This document shows positions 16,233 to 17,725 of a stretch of 17,725 bases of DNA, piece by piece (the stretch's first letter is position 1; each line of letters opens with the position of its first letter). The DNA comes from Methanotrichaceae archaeon (GTDB lineage: Archaea > Halobacteriota > Methanosarcinia > Methanotrichales > Methanotrichaceae). The position numbers and the translations under genes are program-made. The notes under the pieces are model-generated. The model saw only the letters and a list, made by a program, of their open reading frames with translations, did not search any database and was not told where the DNA came from. The DNA is taken from NCBI GenBank assembly GCA_963754945.1, contig CAVWIG010000001.1:1-17725 (forward strand), given 5' to 3'.

Positions 16233-17725
16233 GTGGATCTAGGATTCTACACGCCATTAGGAGCCGAGGCACTGCTTACGGCTCTGGCGGTGCTGGTGAT
16301 TCTGCTCGGATCGCTCATGAAGAAGAGCGGCAACCTGATGGGCTACCTGAGCCTTGCGGGACTGGTGGTGTCTCTGGGGTTGGTGATGAGCACTGCGATG
16401 AGCGCTAAGCTTGGAGTGGTCTTCTTCTTCAACACCATATCGGTCGATGCCCTGTCCCAGTTCTTCAAGGCGGTCTTCCTCGTGGTTTCCATGCTGGTGG
16501 TGATCGCCTCTCTATCCAGGTACAAGGATGCCAAAGGCGCTGATGAGTTCTATGCGCTGCTGCTTCTGGCCACCGTTGGAATGATGGTGGTCTCTAGCTC
16601 CATCGATCTGGTTACCTTGTTCGTCGGGTTCGAGCTGGCCAGCCTTTCCACATATGCCCTGGCGGCGTTCGACAAGTCGAAGAGGAACCTTGAAGCGGCC
16701 ATGAAGTACTTCATCTTCGGGTCTGTCTCCTCGGCTTTTATGCTATTCGGCTTCTCGCTGCTCTACGGCATGACTGGAACGACGAAGATTGCAGGGATTG
16801 CATCCGTAGCCTTATCCAACTTCGCACCTGCTACTCTCGTGGCGCTGATCTTCGTGATCGCAGGATTCGCCTTCAAGATGGCCCTAGTGCCGTTCCACAT
16901 GTGGGCTCCAGACACCTACGAGGGCGCGCCGGCCCTGGTTTCGGGGTTGCTCGCAGCAGGCTCCAAGAAGATGGGGTTTGCAGCAGCCTTCAGGGTGATA
17001 TTCGTGGCCCTGATAGCTCTAAGGCTGGAATGGTACCTGGCCTTTGCAATCCTGGCTGCTCTGACCATGACTCTGGGCAACGTTCTGGCCATCTGGCAGA
17101 ACAACGTGCGGAGGATCTTCGCTTATTCAAGCGTGGCTCAAGCAGGGTACATGGCCATGACCTTTGTCGTCGTGGGCGCAGCGCTCGGTCAGCCTAACGG
17201 TGCAGCCATTGCTCAGAATAGCATAGCTGGAGGCTTGCTCCTGATCCTCGGCCATGCCCTGATGAAGACAGGAGCCTTCATTGCAGCAGCGGTTGTAGGC
17301 TACATGGTCTTAAAGGACGGAATGAAGGAAGGAAGCGATCCGGACGACATATCGAACTATGCCGGCCTGGGTCGCAGGGCGCCCATAACGGCGTTCTGCC
17401 TGTTGATCTTCATGTTCGCCCTGGCCGGAATTCCGCCCACAGCAGGGTACATAGGCAAGTTCGTGCTATTCGGCTCGGCCATCAACGCCGGGCTTGTGTG
17501 GCTTGCGGTGCTGGCAATCCTCAACAGCGCTCTGTCGCTGTACTATTACCTGAGGATCATCAGCTACATGTACCTGAAGGAGCCGGCGGGACCGAAGATC
17601 TCAGAGCCCAAGGGATACGCAGTTGCCCTGATCCTGACATTGATCGGAGTCATCGGTATCGGCGTCTACCCGCAGCCGTTCTACAACTGGGCTATGCAGG
17701 CAGCAGCAGTTCTGCTGCCTCACTA
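16233..17725 (+). CDS. fpoN: Fpo subunit N (antiporter-like); probable stop codon cut by the window edge
   Basis: Not in the ORF track. Read by hand from GTG 16233: MDLGFYTPLGAEALL...FELASL...EAAMKYF...FKMALVPFHMWAPDTYEGAP...AYSSVAQAGY...LAGIPPTAGYIGKF...SLYYYL...AAAVLLPH, then an incomplete TA codon after 497 codons. Confidence 0.93.
   Translation, partial: MDLGFYTPLGAEALLTALAVLVILLGSLMKKSGNLMGYLSLAGLVVSLGLVMSTAMSAKLGVVFFFNTISVDALSQFFKAVFLVVSMLVVIASLSRYKDAKGADEFYALLLLATVGMMVVSSSIDLVTLFVGFELASLSTYALAAFDKSKRNLEAAMKYFIFGSVSSAFMLFGFSLLYGMTGTTKIAGIASVALSNFAPATLVALIFVIAGFAFKMALVPFHMWAPDTYEGAPALVSGLLAAGSKKMGFAAAFRVIFVALIALRLEWYLAFAILAALTMTLGNVLAIWQNNVRRIFAYSSVAQAGYMAMTFVVVGAALGQPNGAAIAQNSIAGGLLLILGHALMKTGAFIAAAVVGYMVLKDGMKEGSDPDDISNYAGLGRRAPITAFCLLIFMFALAGIPPTAGYIGKFVLFGSAINAGLVWLAVLAILNSALSLYYYLRIISYMYLKEPAGPKISEPKGYAVALILTLIGVIGIGVYPQPFYNWAMQAAAVLLPH

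Overview
Archaeal chromosomal window, most likely from an acetoclastic methanogen of the Methanothrix type (inferred from gene content and protein features). The right part (7351-17725) is a complex I-like Fpo operon: fpoA, B, fused CD, H, I, J1, J2, K, L, M, N. fpoN reaches the window edge and is missing from the supplied ORF track. Divergent from it are deoxyhypusine synthase, ubiX, a small CxxC/CxxC His-tailed protein, a hypothetical protein and a NimA/PNPOx-family flavoprotein. The left part holds a DUF362 gene and an AT-richer three-gene block of defence-type genes: a PD-(D/E)XK nuclease-DUF4268 gene broken by a single extra base, a Zn-binding HEPN/DUF4145 protein and a TIR-domain protein. 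That block is bracketed by two diverged ~60-bp direct repeats (1362-1423 and 4221-4279) with a covarying internal dyad. A GC-rich non-coding long imperfect hairpin lies at ~45-290. Family assignments come from motif recognition by eye; no searches were run.
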